Part shown: in pieces, positions 42,221 through 52,188 of the stretch
How the letters are laid out: every line of letters starts with the position of its first letter
Numbering within the stretch: the stretch's first letter is position 1
NCBI GenBank assembly: GCA_017528375.1
Contig: JAFXOY010000160.1
Coordinates: 37,398-101,397 of the forward strand
From: Clostridia bacterium
Lineage (GTDB): Bacteria > Bacillota > Clostridia > TANB77 > CAG-508
Direction of reading: 5' to 3'
DNA: 64,000 nt
The notes under the pieces: model-generated
Seen by the model: the letters and a program-made list of their open reading frames with translations, nothing else
Databases searched by the model: none
Told to the model about the DNA's origin: nothing
Position numbers and translations under genes: made by a program

Positions 42221-43510
42221 CGCATATGCATGTTTCTTTTTGAAATCAAGCAACTTTGTGATTTCCTTCTCTGAATTTTTTGCTTTTGCTGTTTTTTGCG
42301 CATTTTCTTGTGCAATTTCTCTTGCTTGTTTTTCCGCCATTGTTTGGCAAATGGCTTTTTCGTATGTAAAATAAGTATCTTTTGCGATTTTTGTCCAATT
42401 AAATTCTTTCTTTACTTTAGCTTTTGCATTTTTAGTAATATTATCACATAATTGATGATTATATAATAAACTTAAAACAGAATCTGCAATTGAATTGCTG
42501 TTTCCAGCATAACTTTTCATTCCTGTTACTCCGTGATCAATAATTTCGTTAAGGCCTCCAATATCAGAAACAACTGTTGGAACACCTGCAAGCATTGATT
42601 CTAAAGCAACTATTCCAAATGGTTCATATGTACTTGGAAATACAGCGATATCTGCGCATTTATACATTTTTTGTACTTCTTTTGATGAAAGATATCCCGT
42701 AAAATATACTTTATTTTCTATTCCAAGATTTCTTGCTTGTTCTTTTAGTTCATCATACATTCCGCCCTTTCCTCCAATTATCAATTTTGTGTCATTGTAT
42801 CCATTAATAATTTTAGGCATGGCTGAAATTAAGTGTTGAACACCTTTTTCATGAACTAATCGTCCTATATAAAGAATAATTTTTTCATTATCCATAGCAT
42901 ATTTTCTTCTAAAATCATAATCTCTGTCAATTCCATTAAAATTCGTTAAATTAATTCCATTTGGAATTACATTTATTTTTTCAAATGGCAATCCAAATAG
43001 TCTTTGTAATTCACATTTCATGTAATTACTATTTACTATTACTTCACTTGACTCATATGTTAATAGCCATTCAGTATCATTTATATATCTTTGTACATCA
43101 TCATGAATTCCACTATTTCTTCCTGATTCTGTAGCGTGTATTGTAGAAACAATTGGGATTTGGAAAGCATCTTTTAATGTTTTAGCTGAATAAGTCACAA
43201 GCCAATCATGAGCGTGTATACAATCAAAAGGACCTTGTTCATTTATAATTTGAGTTGCTTTTGCTGTTAGTGTAAAATTCATTTGCATTATCCAATCTGT
43301 AAAATTGTTTGGATGGATCATGTAGTTTTCGACTCTATAAACTTTAACTCCTTTGTCGTTTTCGAACTCTGGAACATTGCCTTCTTTGTATGTTACAACA
43401 GTTACCTCATTTCCATCTTTTACTAGTTTATGAGATAAATCATGTACAACCCTTGCAATTCCTCCAACAATGCGTGGTGGATACTCCCAAGTCAACATTA
43501 AAATTTTCAT
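42218..43510 (-). CDS. GT4-family glycosyltransferase (glycogen-synthase-like)
   Basis: MKILMLTWEYPPRIVGGIARVVHDL...; C-terminal E..G....E......P.V.S..GG..E motif. Confidence 0.75.
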   Translation of the reverse strand: MKILMLTWEYPPRIVGGIARVVHDLSHKLVKDGNEVTVVTYKEGNVPEFENDKGVKVYRVENYMIHPNNFTDWIMQMNFTLTAKATQIINEQGPFDCIHAHDWLVTYSAKTLKDAFQIPIVSTIHATESGRNSGIHDDVQRYINDTEWLLTYESSEVIVNSNYMKCELQRLFGLPFEKINVIPNGINLTNFNGIDRDYDFRRKYAMDNEKIILYIGRLVHEKGVQHLISAMPKIINGYNDTKLIIGGKGGMYDELKEQARNLGIENKVYFTGYLSSKEVQKMYKCADIAVFPSTYEPFGIVALESMLAGVPTVVSDIGGLNEIIDHGVTGMKSYAGNSNSIADSVLSLLYNHQLCDNITKNAKAKVKKEFNWTKIAKDTYFTYEKAICQTMAEKQAREIAQENAQKTAKAKNSEKEITKLLDFKKKHAYA

Positions 43511-43720
43511 TTTTATCCCCTTGCTCCTTTCATTTTTTTCTTTATCTTTAGTAGTTTTCTCTCGTTTTTTCTACAAATATTCTATATAAGATTATTTTAA
43601 AAGTCAATATGTTTTTTCTACAATTTTTAACATAATTTTTCGTGTTTTCTATTGTTTTTTTTGCTTCAATGGTATAGTATAATACTAGTTAATTTAGAGA
43701 TTTATACTAAGGAGGAAATT

Positions 43721-44650
43721 ATGCCAAGAAAAGCAAAAGATAAAGTTGAAGAAAACGAAAAAATTGATGAGAAAAAAACTACAACAAAAAAATCTACAGC
43801 TAAAAAATCAGCATCTACTAAGAAAACTACTGTTAAGAAGGCTGAACCAGCTGTAAAAAAAGCAGCTACTAAAAAAGAAACAAATACTACATCAAAGAAA
43901 TCTACTACATCTAAAAAAGCTACTACTTCCAAAACAGCTGCAAAAACAACAAAAACAACAAAAACAACTACAAAAAAAGCTGCAACTAAAAAGACTACTG
44001 CCCAAAAAAGTACAGCTAAAAAAGAAGAACCTACAAAGAAAACAACAACCAGAAGAAAAACCACCAAAAAAGCTACAGTTGTTGAAGAACCTCCTGTTCA
44101 AATTGTAGAGTACTATGATTTACCATATAAATATGGAAATACTGTAGTAAGACTTTTAGCACAAACGCCAAAAACCCTTTTTGTATACTGGGAAGTTTCT
44201 GAACAAGACATAGAAAACTTTAAAAAACTATATGGAGAAGATTTTTTCAGCAAAACAAAGCCTGTTTTAATTGTACATAATTTAACTCTTAATAAAATAA
44301 ATGAAATTGAAATTAATGATTTTGCCAATTGCTGGTATTTAAATACTGAAGATTCTGATTGCAAATTTGATATAGAATTAGCAAGAAAATTTATTGATAA
44401 TACAGCAAATGATGTAGATAACCCGGACAATTATCTTTATATTGCAAAATCAAATAATCTTCAATCTCCTAACAACCACATTCTATTTGAAAAAATTCAA
44501 GAATTTGTGGTTTTTAGAAATGCAAGTAATGATAATATAATTAAGAAAAATATAAAATCTTTTAAATTCTTAAAAGATATTTATAAGTTTTACAAAGATA
44601 TGTATGATGAAGATGTTTTAAATAATCCATCATCACAATTTAAATTTTAG
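43721..44650 (+). CDS. DUF4912-like protein with Lys/Thr/Ala-rich basic N-terminal region
   Basis: GGAGG then ATG 43721. About 125 aa of KKxTTxKK low complexity. Then YDLPYKYGNTVVRLLAQTPKTLFVYWEVS, typical of DUF4912, which I recall as a partner of GH57 genes. Confidence 0.6.
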   Translation: MPRKAKDKVEENEKIDEKKTTTKKSTAKKSASTKKTTVKKAEPAVKKAATKKETNTTSKKSTTSKKATTSKTAAKTTKTTKTTTKKAATKKTTAQKSTAKKEEPTKKTTTRRKTTKKATVVEEPPVQIVEYYDLPYKYGNTVVRLLAQTPKTLFVYWEVSEQDIENFKKLYGEDFFSKTKPVLIVHNLTLNKINEIEINDFANCWYLNTEDSDCKFDIELARKFIDNTANDVDNPDNYLYIAKSNNLQSPNNHILFEKIQEFVVFRNASNDNIIKKNIKSFKFLKDIYKFYKDMYDEDVLNNPSSQFKF

Positions 44651-44667
44651 CAAAGGAAGATATTTTT

Positions 44668-46257
44668 ATGAACACAACCACAGGATATGTAAGTTTTGTT
44701 TTACACGCTCATTTGCCTTTTATACACCATCCCGAAAGTGATGATTATTTAGAAGAGCAATGGCTTTTTGAAGCTATTTCTGAGACTTATATTCCTCTTT
44801 TAACTAATTTTGAGATGCTTGTTAGTGAAGGGGTAGATTTTAGGATTACAATGTCCTTAACTCCACCTCTTCTTTGTATGCTTGATAATAAGTTGTTGCA
44901 GAAAAAATATATAAAATATTTGGAACAGCATATTGAATTATCTAAAAAGGAAATTGAACGTACTAAAGATAATGAAAAACTAAACATTTTAGCTAATTAT
45001 TATTTTAATAGATATTCTAATGATTTAAAGATTTTTAAGAATAAATATAAATGTAATTTAATAAATGGATTTAAACATTTCCAAGATTTAGGTGTCTTGG
45101 AAATAATTACTTGCGGAGCAACACATGGTTACTTCCCTATTTTGTATACAACTGAGCAAACAGTAAAAGCTCAAATTGCTGTTGGTGTTCAAACTTATGA
45201 AAAATATTTTGGTAGAAAGCCGAAAGGAATTTGGCTTCCTGAATGTGGTTATGTTCCAGAGGCTGATAAATATTTAAAAGAATTTGGAATTGAATACATT
45301 ATTACAGAATCACACGGAATTTTGTATGCCAATCCTGCTCCCCTATTTGGAACTTTTGCCCCTATTATTTCTCCTAATGGAATAGTAGCTTTTGGTAGAG
45401 ATATTGAGTCTTCTAGACAAGTTTGGAGCTCTGAAATTGGCTATCCTGGAGATTTTAATTATCGCGAATTTTATAGAGATATTGGCTATGAGGCTGATTA
45501 TGATTATATAAAACCTTATATTGCTCATAATGGTGTTAGAGTTCATACTGGTATTAAATACTATCGTATTACTGGAAAAACTGAAGAAAAAGATTATTAT
45601 AATGTTCAATGGGCAAAGGATTCTGCTGAAAAACAAGCTGGTCATTTCTTTGACTGCAGAACCGCTCAAATAGATTATGCTAGTAAATATACCGAAAATC
45701 CGCCTATTATTCTTTGCCCTTATGATGCTGAATTATATGGACATTGGTGGTATGAGGGGCCTTATTGGTTGTATATATTATTCAAAAAAATTTACTATAA
45801 CAAATCTAATTTTGAATTAATAACTCCAAGCGAATATATTAAAAAATATCCACTAATGCAAGAATGTACACCTTGTAGATCTAGCTGGGGTGCAAATGGT
45901 TATAGTGAAGTATGGCTAAATGGCTCTAACGATTATGTTCATAAGCATTTACATCATATTGGTGAAAAAATGGTTGAGCTTGCTCATACTTATTATAATG
46001 AGACTGATAAATTAAAAATTCGTGTTTTAAATCAATGTGCTAGAGGGGTTTTACTTGCTCAAAGTAGTGATTGGTTGTTTATTATTACAAATGGAACTAT
46101 GGTTGATTATGCTAAAAAAAGAATTAAAGATCATGTTGGTAGATTTAATAAATTTTATGATGAACTGGCAAATGGCAAAATTGATGAAGTTTTTTTAGAA
46201 TATGTTGAGAAGCAGGATTGTATTTTTGAAGATATTGATTTTAAAGTTTATTTTTGA
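44668..46257 (+). CDS. GH57-family 1,4-alpha-glucan branching enzyme-like protein
   Basis: GYVSFVLHAHLPFIHHPE...EQWLFEAISETYIPLL...WLPECGY...ELYGHWWYEG. Confidence 0.8.
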   Translation: MNTTTGYVSFVLHAHLPFIHHPESDDYLEEQWLFEAISETYIPLLTNFEMLVSEGVDFRITMSLTPPLLCMLDNKLLQKKYIKYLEQHIELSKKEIERTKDNEKLNILANYYFNRYSNDLKIFKNKYKCNLINGFKHFQDLGVLEIITCGATHGYFPILYTTEQTVKAQIAVGVQTYEKYFGRKPKGIWLPECGYVPEADKYLKEFGIEYIITESHGILYANPAPLFGTFAPIISPNGIVAFGRDIESSRQVWSSEIGYPGDFNYREFYRDIGYEADYDYIKPYIAHNGVRVHTGIKYYRITGKTEEKDYYNVQWAKDSAEKQAGHFFDCRTAQIDYASKYTENPPIILCPYDAELYGHWWYEGPYWLYILFKKIYYNKSNFELITPSEYIKKYPLMQECTPCRSSWGANGYSEVWLNGSNDYVHKHLHHIGEKMVELAHTYYNETDKLKIRVLNQCARGVLLAQSSDWLFIITNGTMVDYAKKRIKDHVGRFNKFYDELANGKIDEVFLEYVEKQDCIFEDIDFKVYF

Positions 46258-46315
46258 TTTAATTTTTGGACGGTCATTTTTTAAATTTTTACAATTAAAG
46301 ACAGATAATAACATT

Positions 46316-46346
46316 AAAGAGGACGAATTAATCCGTCCTCTTTTTT
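46316..46346. terminator. bidirectional terminator between GH57 gene and ruvB
   Basis: AAAGAGGACG-aattaat-CCGTCCTCTTTTTT. Confidence 0.7.
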
Positions 46347-46358
46347 ATTTAATTCATA

Positions 46359-47369
46359 TTACAAACTCTGTTGCACTGGATATCCCAAATGCTCATACGC
46401 AGCAGGCAATGGAATTCTTCCTCTAACAGTTCTTGAAATAAATCCAATTTGTATTAAAAAAGGCTCATAAACATCTTCTAGTGTTTCAACTTCTTCACCT
46501 ATTGTAGTAGCTAAAGTATCAATTCCAACAGGTCTGCCACCATATTTTGAAATCATTACATCTAGCAATTTTCTATCTATTTCATCAAGTCCCATTTCAT
46601 CTATTTCTAGTCTATTTAAAGCTGTTTTTGTTACTTTTAAATCAATATTCCCATCACCTAAAACTGCTGCATAATCACGAACACGTTTTAGCAATCTATT
46701 TGCAATTCTTGGTGTACCCCTTGAACGCCTTGCAATTTCTGTTGCTGATTCATTATCTATTCCAATACCTAAAATTTTTGCAGAACGTTTTACTATAAAT
46801 GCTAAATCTTCAACATTATATAATTCTAATCTATCAACAATACCAAATCTATCCCTTAGTGGAGTTGATAAGGTTCCAGCCTTTGTTGTAGCACCAATCA
46901 ATGTAAATTTAGGCAAATCTATTCTAATTGACTTGGCTGTTGGTCCTTTTCCTATAATGATATCTAAAGTAAAATCCTCTAAAGCAGGATATAAAATTTC
47001 TTCAACATTTTTGTTAAGTCTATGAATCTCATCTATAAAAAGAACATCAAATTCCTGTAAATTTGTAAGTAATGCTGCTAAATCCCCTGCCTTTTCAATT
47101 GCAGGGCCTGAAGTTACTTTAATATTTGAATTCATCTCATTCGAAATAATATTAGCTAAAGTTGTTTTTCCAAGTCCAGGAGGTCCATATAATAAAACAT
47201 GATCTAATGGCTCTTTTCTCTTTTTCGCAGCTTCAATATAAACTTTCATATTCTCTTTAACTTTAGACTGACCAATATATTCATTTAAAAATCTTGGTCT
47301 TAAAGATGTTTCTAATCTTTCCTCACTAAAATCTTCAATTTCCGGCCTTAGTAATCTGTCATCTTCCAA
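46359..47369 (-). CDS. ruvB: Holliday junction branch migration helicase RuvB
   Basis: TTG start with [19 protein letters not shown]...[14 protein letters not shown]...FIDEIHRL... Confidence 0.95.
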   Translation of the reverse strand: MEDDRLLRPEIEDFSEERLETSLRPRFLNEYIGQSKVKENMKVYIEAAKKRKEPLDHVLLYGPPGLGKTTLANIISNEMNSNIKVTSGPAIEKAGDLAALLTNLQEFDVLFIDEIHRLNKNVEEILYPALEDFTLDIIIGKGPTAKSIRIDLPKFTLIGATTKAGTLSTPLRDRFGIVDRLELYNVEDLAFIVKRSAKILGIGIDNESATEIARRSRGTPRIANRLLKRVRDYAAVLGDGNIDLKVTKTALNRLEIDEMGLDEIDRKLLDVMISKYGGRPVGIDTLATTIGEEVETLEDVYEPFLIQIGFISRTVRGRIPLPAAYEHLGYPVQQSL

Positions 47370-47386
47370 TTTATTACATCCTCCTT

Positions 47387-47519
47387 TGCACAGTTGGGGA
47401 CGCGTCCCGGCTGTGCATTTTGCACAGTCAGGGACAGGTCAACATCAATGTCCGTCCCTAAATGAGTCAAAAATGTCCCAAAATGAGTCCGTCCCCAAAT
47501 GTGTCACCAAAATATGTCA
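47387..47519. repeat. composite element: family B units fused to family A units
   Basis: TGCACAGTTGGGGACGCGTCCCGGCTGTGCA, TTT, TGCACAGTCAGGGACAGGTCAACATCAATGTCCGTCCCTAAATGAGTCA, AAAA, TGTCCCAAAATGAGTCCGTCCCCAAATGTGTCA, CCAAAATATGTCA. Its last TCA (47517-47519) is the ltaS stop codon. Confidence 0.9.
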
Positions 47520-49523
47520 TTTTAACAAATTCAATATGTTTGTAGAAAGCGAAATGTCTAATTCTGTTTGTAGTGAGTCACAATAGTCGTTTAGCTTTTC
47601 AACTTCCGCTTCTGGCAAATTCGATAAATCTAGTTTTTCTCCTGTTTTTATTGAATACCAGTTTCCATCATAAAAATATTTGTCTGTTATGATTTTTCCA
47701 TTATTTAAACATACAAAGTCTTTGTTTGAAAATAGGCTTTGACCTAATGAAAATGTGTCTTCTATGCCACATATTTCCATTAATGTTGGTTTCATGTCTA
47801 GCTTGCTTGTAGGTTTTGTTATTTTCATTGGCTCTACTCCCGGAATTTTCATTCCGCATAGTACATTTGAATAGTTTATTTGTGTTTGTATATCATTTAG
47901 TGGTTTTACTTCTTTTATGAAGTCTTGCATTTCCCAGTTATACATTTGAAGTCCTGCATGATCTCCATATACAAGAATTACTGTATCATCATATAAACCT
48001 GCTTTTTTTAGTTCATCAATAAATATTCCAAAAGCATAGTCAGCATAATTTACAGCTTCTAGATAATTTCCAAAGTATATTCCTCTATACTCGTCACCTA
48101 CATCGATGTTTACCTTTTTGTCTTTATCTTGTAATCCTGGTAAATCAAATGCTGTGTGTGATGATGCAGCTACTATATTAACCATAAATTTGCCGTCATA
48201 AGTTTTTATTTCATCAATTACTTTTCTATAAACAGCTTCATCTGATACATAGTTATTTACTCTTTCGACATCAGAATCAAATACATTATCAAATAGCAAA
48301 TTATCTATTTTCAATCTAGAATATACAGCTTGTCTGTTCCAGAAAGAACCTTCATTTCCGTGAATATATGTAGTTGTGTAATCATTTTCTTTAAATTTTG
48401 CGTACATATTATCATAATTATTTGATGGATATTGAGCAAAACACATTCCGTTTTCTAGCGGATATATTGAATTCATCACTGTAAATTCAGAATCCGCTGT
48501 TGATGAATAACTTTGATTTTGCATATTTGTAAACTCTATATTTTCATTTATAAATTTATTTAAATTTGGAGTTATTTCTTTTCCGTTTATTTTTCTATTT
48601 ACAACAAAGTTTTGAACTGATTCTAATTGCACTATAATAACATTTTTGTCTTTCGCAATTCCTGCTAAATCATATTCTAATGTATATTTGTCTGTGTACT
48701 TATCCATTAAAGAATTATATGCCTTCATCATTTCTGATTTTGATTTATATTTAACATTCTTTTTCATATCAATATTATTTCTAAAATCTAAATAGTGATA
48801 TCCAAATATACTTGATGATTCTATTTGTTGGACCTTGTTATATTGATGTGTTTCAGCCTCTTTAAGCCATTCAGAAATTGGCTTACTTACAACAAATATC
48901 ATTAACAATAAATATACAATTCCAACAATATATGCCTTAATGCTGTGTTTTTTTATTTTAATTCTAAATGCGAAAAATATAATAATTACTGCAATAATAT
49001 CTATAAAATATAATATATGTCCTATATGTAATAAATTTGGTAATGCTATTGAAATCTCTCTTCCATATTGCAAATTTGATATTTGAGAAAATGATACCAA
49101 GTTGGCTGAATATGAATAATATAATGCATTAACAAACAGTAATATACTTACTAATAAATTTATAATTATAGTACACCAAAATCTTAATTTATCTTTTAAC
49201 AACATTGGTAACGTTAATAATAGATATATAAAAGCTGCTGCCATTTGAATGTATTCCGGTTTTAATGGTTCTATTTTAAATATTTGAGTTTTATATAATA
49301 AAATGGTTTTTAAAAGTAATGCAACTCCTGTTAGAACAACAATTAGTCGAGTTTGAAATATAGTTTGAAAAACTGTTTTAATTGCTTTATAAACTTTGTT
49401 TTCTTTCTTTTCGTTTGTCTCTACTACCTTAAACTCACTTTTATCCTCTACTTCTTCTAAATTCACATCAACTTCCTGACTTAAATTTTCATTTTCAACT
49501 TCTTTTTCTTTTAATTCATCCAT
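47517..49523 (-). CDS. ltaS: LTA synthase family protein (sulfatase-domain phosphoglycerol transferase)
   Basis: 668 aa. An acidic N-terminal tail and five TM helices are followed by an extracellular sulfatase-like domain. Confidence 0.75.
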   Translation of the reverse strand: MDELKEKEVENENLSQEVDVNLEEVEDKSEFKVVETNEKKENKVYKAIKTVFQTIFQTRLIVVLTGVALLLKTILLYKTQIFKIEPLKPEYIQMAAAFIYLLLTLPMLLKDKLRFWCTIIINLLVSILLFVNALYYSYSANLVSFSQISNLQYGREISIALPNLLHIGHILYFIDIIAVIIIFFAFRIKIKKHSIKAYIVGIVYLLLMIFVVSKPISEWLKEAETHQYNKVQQIESSSIFGYHYLDFRNNIDMKKNVKYKSKSEMMKAYNSLMDKYTDKYTLEYDLAGIAKDKNVIIVQLESVQNFVVNRKINGKEITPNLNKFINENIEFTNMQNQSYSSTADSEFTVMNSIYPLENGMCFAQYPSNNYDNMYAKFKENDYTTTYIHGNEGSFWNRQAVYSRLKIDNLLFDNVFDSDVERVNNYVSDEAVYRKVIDEIKTYDGKFMVNIVAASSHTAFDLPGLQDKDKKVNIDVGDEYRGIYFGNYLEAVNYADYAFGIFIDELKKAGLYDDTVILVYGDHAGLQMYNWEMQDFIKEVKPLNDIQTQINYSNVLCGMKIPGVEPMKITKPTSKLDMKPTLMEICGIEDTFSLGQSLFSNKDFVCLNNGKIITDKYFYDGNWYSIKTGEKLDLSNLPEAEVEKLNDYCDSLQTELDISLSTNILNLLK

Positions 49524-49553
49524 TAATCTACCTCTTAACTAAAAAATAATGCT

Positions 49554-50639
49554 CTATTCTTTGTCATTTTTTACTCTCATAAATTCTTTATAACCAACCG
49601 CAATTATTGCAACAATCATTAATGCAAAAGATATAGCTTTCCATATTCCACTTTCTAGCAGAATAATTGCAAACATTCCAAAACAAGCGCTAATTCCGTA
49701 TAAAATTAAAACTGCCTGTTTTTGTGTGTATCCTTTTTTCATTAATTTATGATGTAAATGTCCTGTGTCTGGGGCAAAAATGGCCTTAATTGATTTTCCT
49801 TTTATTACTCTTCTAACTATCGCAAATAAAGTATCTGCAATTGGAATCGCTAAAATAATTAGTGGTGAAATTAACACTAAAAGTGTATATGTTTTAGCAG
49901 TTCCAAGAATCGATATTACCGCAAGTGAGAACCCTAAAAATTGAGCTCCTATATCTCCTATAAAAGTTTTTGCTGGATGAACATTATATGGCATAAATCC
50001 TACTATTGCACCTGCTAATGCTGTTATTAAAATTATTGCTATTATTGGTGATTGGTTCATTGTGAAAACTATCATCAATGAAAAACATGATATCAAAGTT
50101 ATTCCTGATGATAAACCATCTAACCCATCTATTAAATTAATTGCATTTGTAATTCCAATTATCCAACCTACAGATAAAATATAAATATATATACTATTGT
50201 TTATGTGTAATGTTTGCTCTAAAAATGGAATATTTACATTATCAATTTGTGTTCCAAATGATACCACTATTACAGCAGCTATAGTTTGTCCAAGTAATTT
50301 CACAATTGCTGGAAGACCTTTTACATCATCTACAAAACAGAACACAGCTAAAACTAATATTCCTAGCAAAATTCCTATTAATTTATGAAAATACTGTTCT
50401 TCGCCAAATGGAAAGAACGTTTTCTCTAGTGTCATTATCGTTAGCAAATATGTGCATGATAATAAAAATCCTATAATGACTGCTATTCCGCCAAGTCTTG
50501 GCATCGGGCTTAAATTAATTCTTCTTTTTCCTGGCTTATCTATTGCTCCTAATCTTTTAGATAACCTTATCGTATATGGAGTTATTACAAATGCTGTTAC
50601 AAATGCTAATAGAAATGCTATTGATATATCTCCCCACAT
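49554..50639 (-). CDS. tagO: undecaprenyl-phosphate GlcNAc-1-phosphate transferase (MraY/WecA/TagO family)
   Basis: GAGGTG + 6 nt then ATG 50639. Polytopic. NAINLIDGLDGL and IGD.GAQFLGF motifs. Confidence 0.8.
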   Translation of the reverse strand: MWGDISIAFLLAFVTAFVITPYTIRLSKRLGAIDKPGKRRINLSPMPRLGGIAVIIGFLLSCTYLLTIMTLEKTFFPFGEEQYFHKLIGILLGILVLAVFCFVDDVKGLPAIVKLLGQTIAAVIVVSFGTQIDNVNIPFLEQTLHINNSIYIYILSVGWIIGITNAINLIDGLDGLSSGITLISCFSLMIVFTMNQSPIIAIILITALAGAIVGFMPYNVHPAKTFIGDIGAQFLGFSLAVISILGTAKTYTLLVLISPLIILAIPIADTLFAIVRRVIKGKSIKAIFAPDTGHLHHKLMKKGYTQKQAVLILYGISACFGMFAIILLESGIWKAISFALMIVAIIAVGYKEFMRVKNDKE

Positions 50640-50659
50640 AGGGTTCACCTCACCTTATT

Positions 50660-51037
50660 TTATACTTTTTTATAATTCATTATTATAAGACCAATTATTA
50701 TTATACTCGCTCCTATAATTCCCTGTTTTGAAATACTTTCTTTAAATACAACTGATGATGCAACTAAAGATAAGATTTGTACTATACCAGTAGTAAGCGG
50801 CATTATATAACTTAAATCAAACATTATAACCATTCTAGTAAATAGTAAAAAACTACATATGTAACATACAAAACCAATTGCACTCACCCAATTTATTGAA
50901 AATGCTATGTCTCCATTATTCAGTTGTATGTTTCCTGCATTTCCACCTTTTTTCATTAATATTAAACCTGACACAGTTAATATTAAATATAATATTACAA
51001 ATATTACCTTCATAATACTTTTCCTCTTTTCTATCAT
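50660..51037 (-). CDS. small 4-TM EamA/SMR-like membrane protein (possible lipid-linked sugar flippase subunit)
   Basis: AAAGGAGAAAAAT then ATG 51037. About 125 aa, four TM helices. Confidence 0.45.
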   Translation of the reverse strand: MIEKRKSIMKVIFVILYLILTVSGLILMKKGGNAGNIQLNNGDIAFSINWVSAIGFVCYICSFLLFTRMVIMFDLSYIMPLTTGIVQILSLVASSVVFKESISKQGIIGASIIIIGLIIMNYKKV

Positions 51038-51060
51038 ATTTTTCTCCTTTTTTGGTTCTA

Positions 51061-52188
51061 TTAATCTACTAACTTGAACCATTTTTCTTTTATGTTTTGA
51101 ACTTCAAACTGTTCACTTTTTTCCCTAGCGTTTTTTCCAAAAATCATTAATTTATCTTTATTATTAACTAAATCTATGACTTTATTTGCCATTTCTTCAA
51201 AATTTCTATTTTCTATAATATAACCATTTTTGTCATTATCTATTATTTCTTTTGCACCTTCAGCAGAACTAAATGCTACACAAGGAATTCCATAACTAAA
51301 TGTTTCCATTAAAGCTAGTCCAAAAGATTCAGTGTATGAAGTATTGATTCCAATTGATGTATTTAACATTATTTCTTCCAATTCAGACTTTGATTTATAG
51401 CCTTGCATGAAAGCGCAATTTTCAAGATGGTTTTCTGATATTTTTTGAATCATTTTTTCTTTTAATTCTCCATCTCCAACTATATTTAATCTAAACTCAT
51501 CATCTTTATCATGTATCTTTTTGAAAACCTCAATTAAATCTATTACTCCTTTTTCTTCAGATAACCTTCCTATGTAAGTTATAACTTTATTGCTTAATTC
51601 AGATGTTTTTTCAGGCATATAATCCAAAATTAGTGGAATATTTACAACTTTACAGTTACTACTCATCATCTTTTTAGAATAAATATCAGCTAATTGCTTT
51701 GATGCAATTACTAAGTAATTTAAATTTTTACATGATTTGATAACATTGTTTATATAGTTTTTTTCATCATTTTTGTAATTGTGTTCTGTTGCAATCTTAA
51801 TTGAATCTTTCTTTCCATATTTGGAAAGCAATTTATTGTGTGGTTCTATTGTTGAAATTACAACATCGCTTTCAAGATTTTTTATTGCTTTTTTCATTTT
51901 ATATTTTTTTAAATGCAAAATTTTTAGTGATATAAAAGATTGTTTTATTAATTCTAACACTTTAAATTTTTTCAAACTTTCATAAAACTCATCTCTATTA
52001 GGCTTCAAATCTTCTAATAAATACGTAATTTTCACATTAGGATTTATATAAAAAGGTGGATTATCATATAATTTATATATTGAAATAATTTCCACTTGAT
52101 TATTTTCTTCAAACATATTTGCAATATTACTTATGAATTTTTCTATTCCTCCATAGCCTAGATGGAGTGCTAATATTGTAATCTTCAT
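51061..52188 (-). CDS. GT4-family glycosyltransferase
   Basis: 375 aa. MKITILALHLGYGGIEKF...; C-terminal E.FGLALMETFSYGIPCVAF motif. Confidence 0.75.
   Translation of the reverse strand: MKITILALHLGYGGIEKFISNIANMFEENNQVEIISIYKLYDNPPFYINPNVKITYLLEDLKPNRDEFYESLKKFKVLELIKQSFISLKILHLKKYKMKKAIKNLESDVVISTIEPHNKLLSKYGKKDSIKIATEHNYKNDEKNYINNVIKSCKNLNYLVIASKQLADIYSKKMMSSNCKVVNIPLILDYMPEKTSELSNKVITYIGRLSEEKGVIDLIEVFKKIHDKDDEFRLNIVGDGELKEKMIQKISENHLENCAFMQGYKSKSELEEIMLNTSIGINTSYTESFGLALMETFSYGIPCVAFSSAEGAKEIIDNDKNGYIIENRNFEEMANKVIDLVNNKDKLMIFGKNAREKSEQFEVQNIKEKWFKLVD

Noticed and set aside
43702-44101. Long antisense ORFs (121 and 69 aa) opposite the DUF4912 gene; similarly 10875..11075 opposite the znuA His-rich loop and 20508..20717 inside spoIIIAH
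   Set aside because: They are mirror images of low-complexity coding repeats (Lys/Thr-rich, His/Glu-rich, Asn/Ser/Thr-rich). They have no SD, and their composition is implausible (F/V/C runs).
47386-47586. ORF-track ORFs and N-terminal extensions that read through the repeats. Examples: 47386..47586 ([18 protein letters not shown]...), 55254..55472, 38614..38847, 23391..23636, 17378..17563. Also the 5' parts of 2054.., 5575.., 10396, 16141, 23463 and 39857.
   Set aside because: The recurring 'peptides' ([22 protein letters not shown]) are translations of palindromic repeats. They lack SD sequences. The real genes have well-spaced SD-ATG starts just beyond the repeat.
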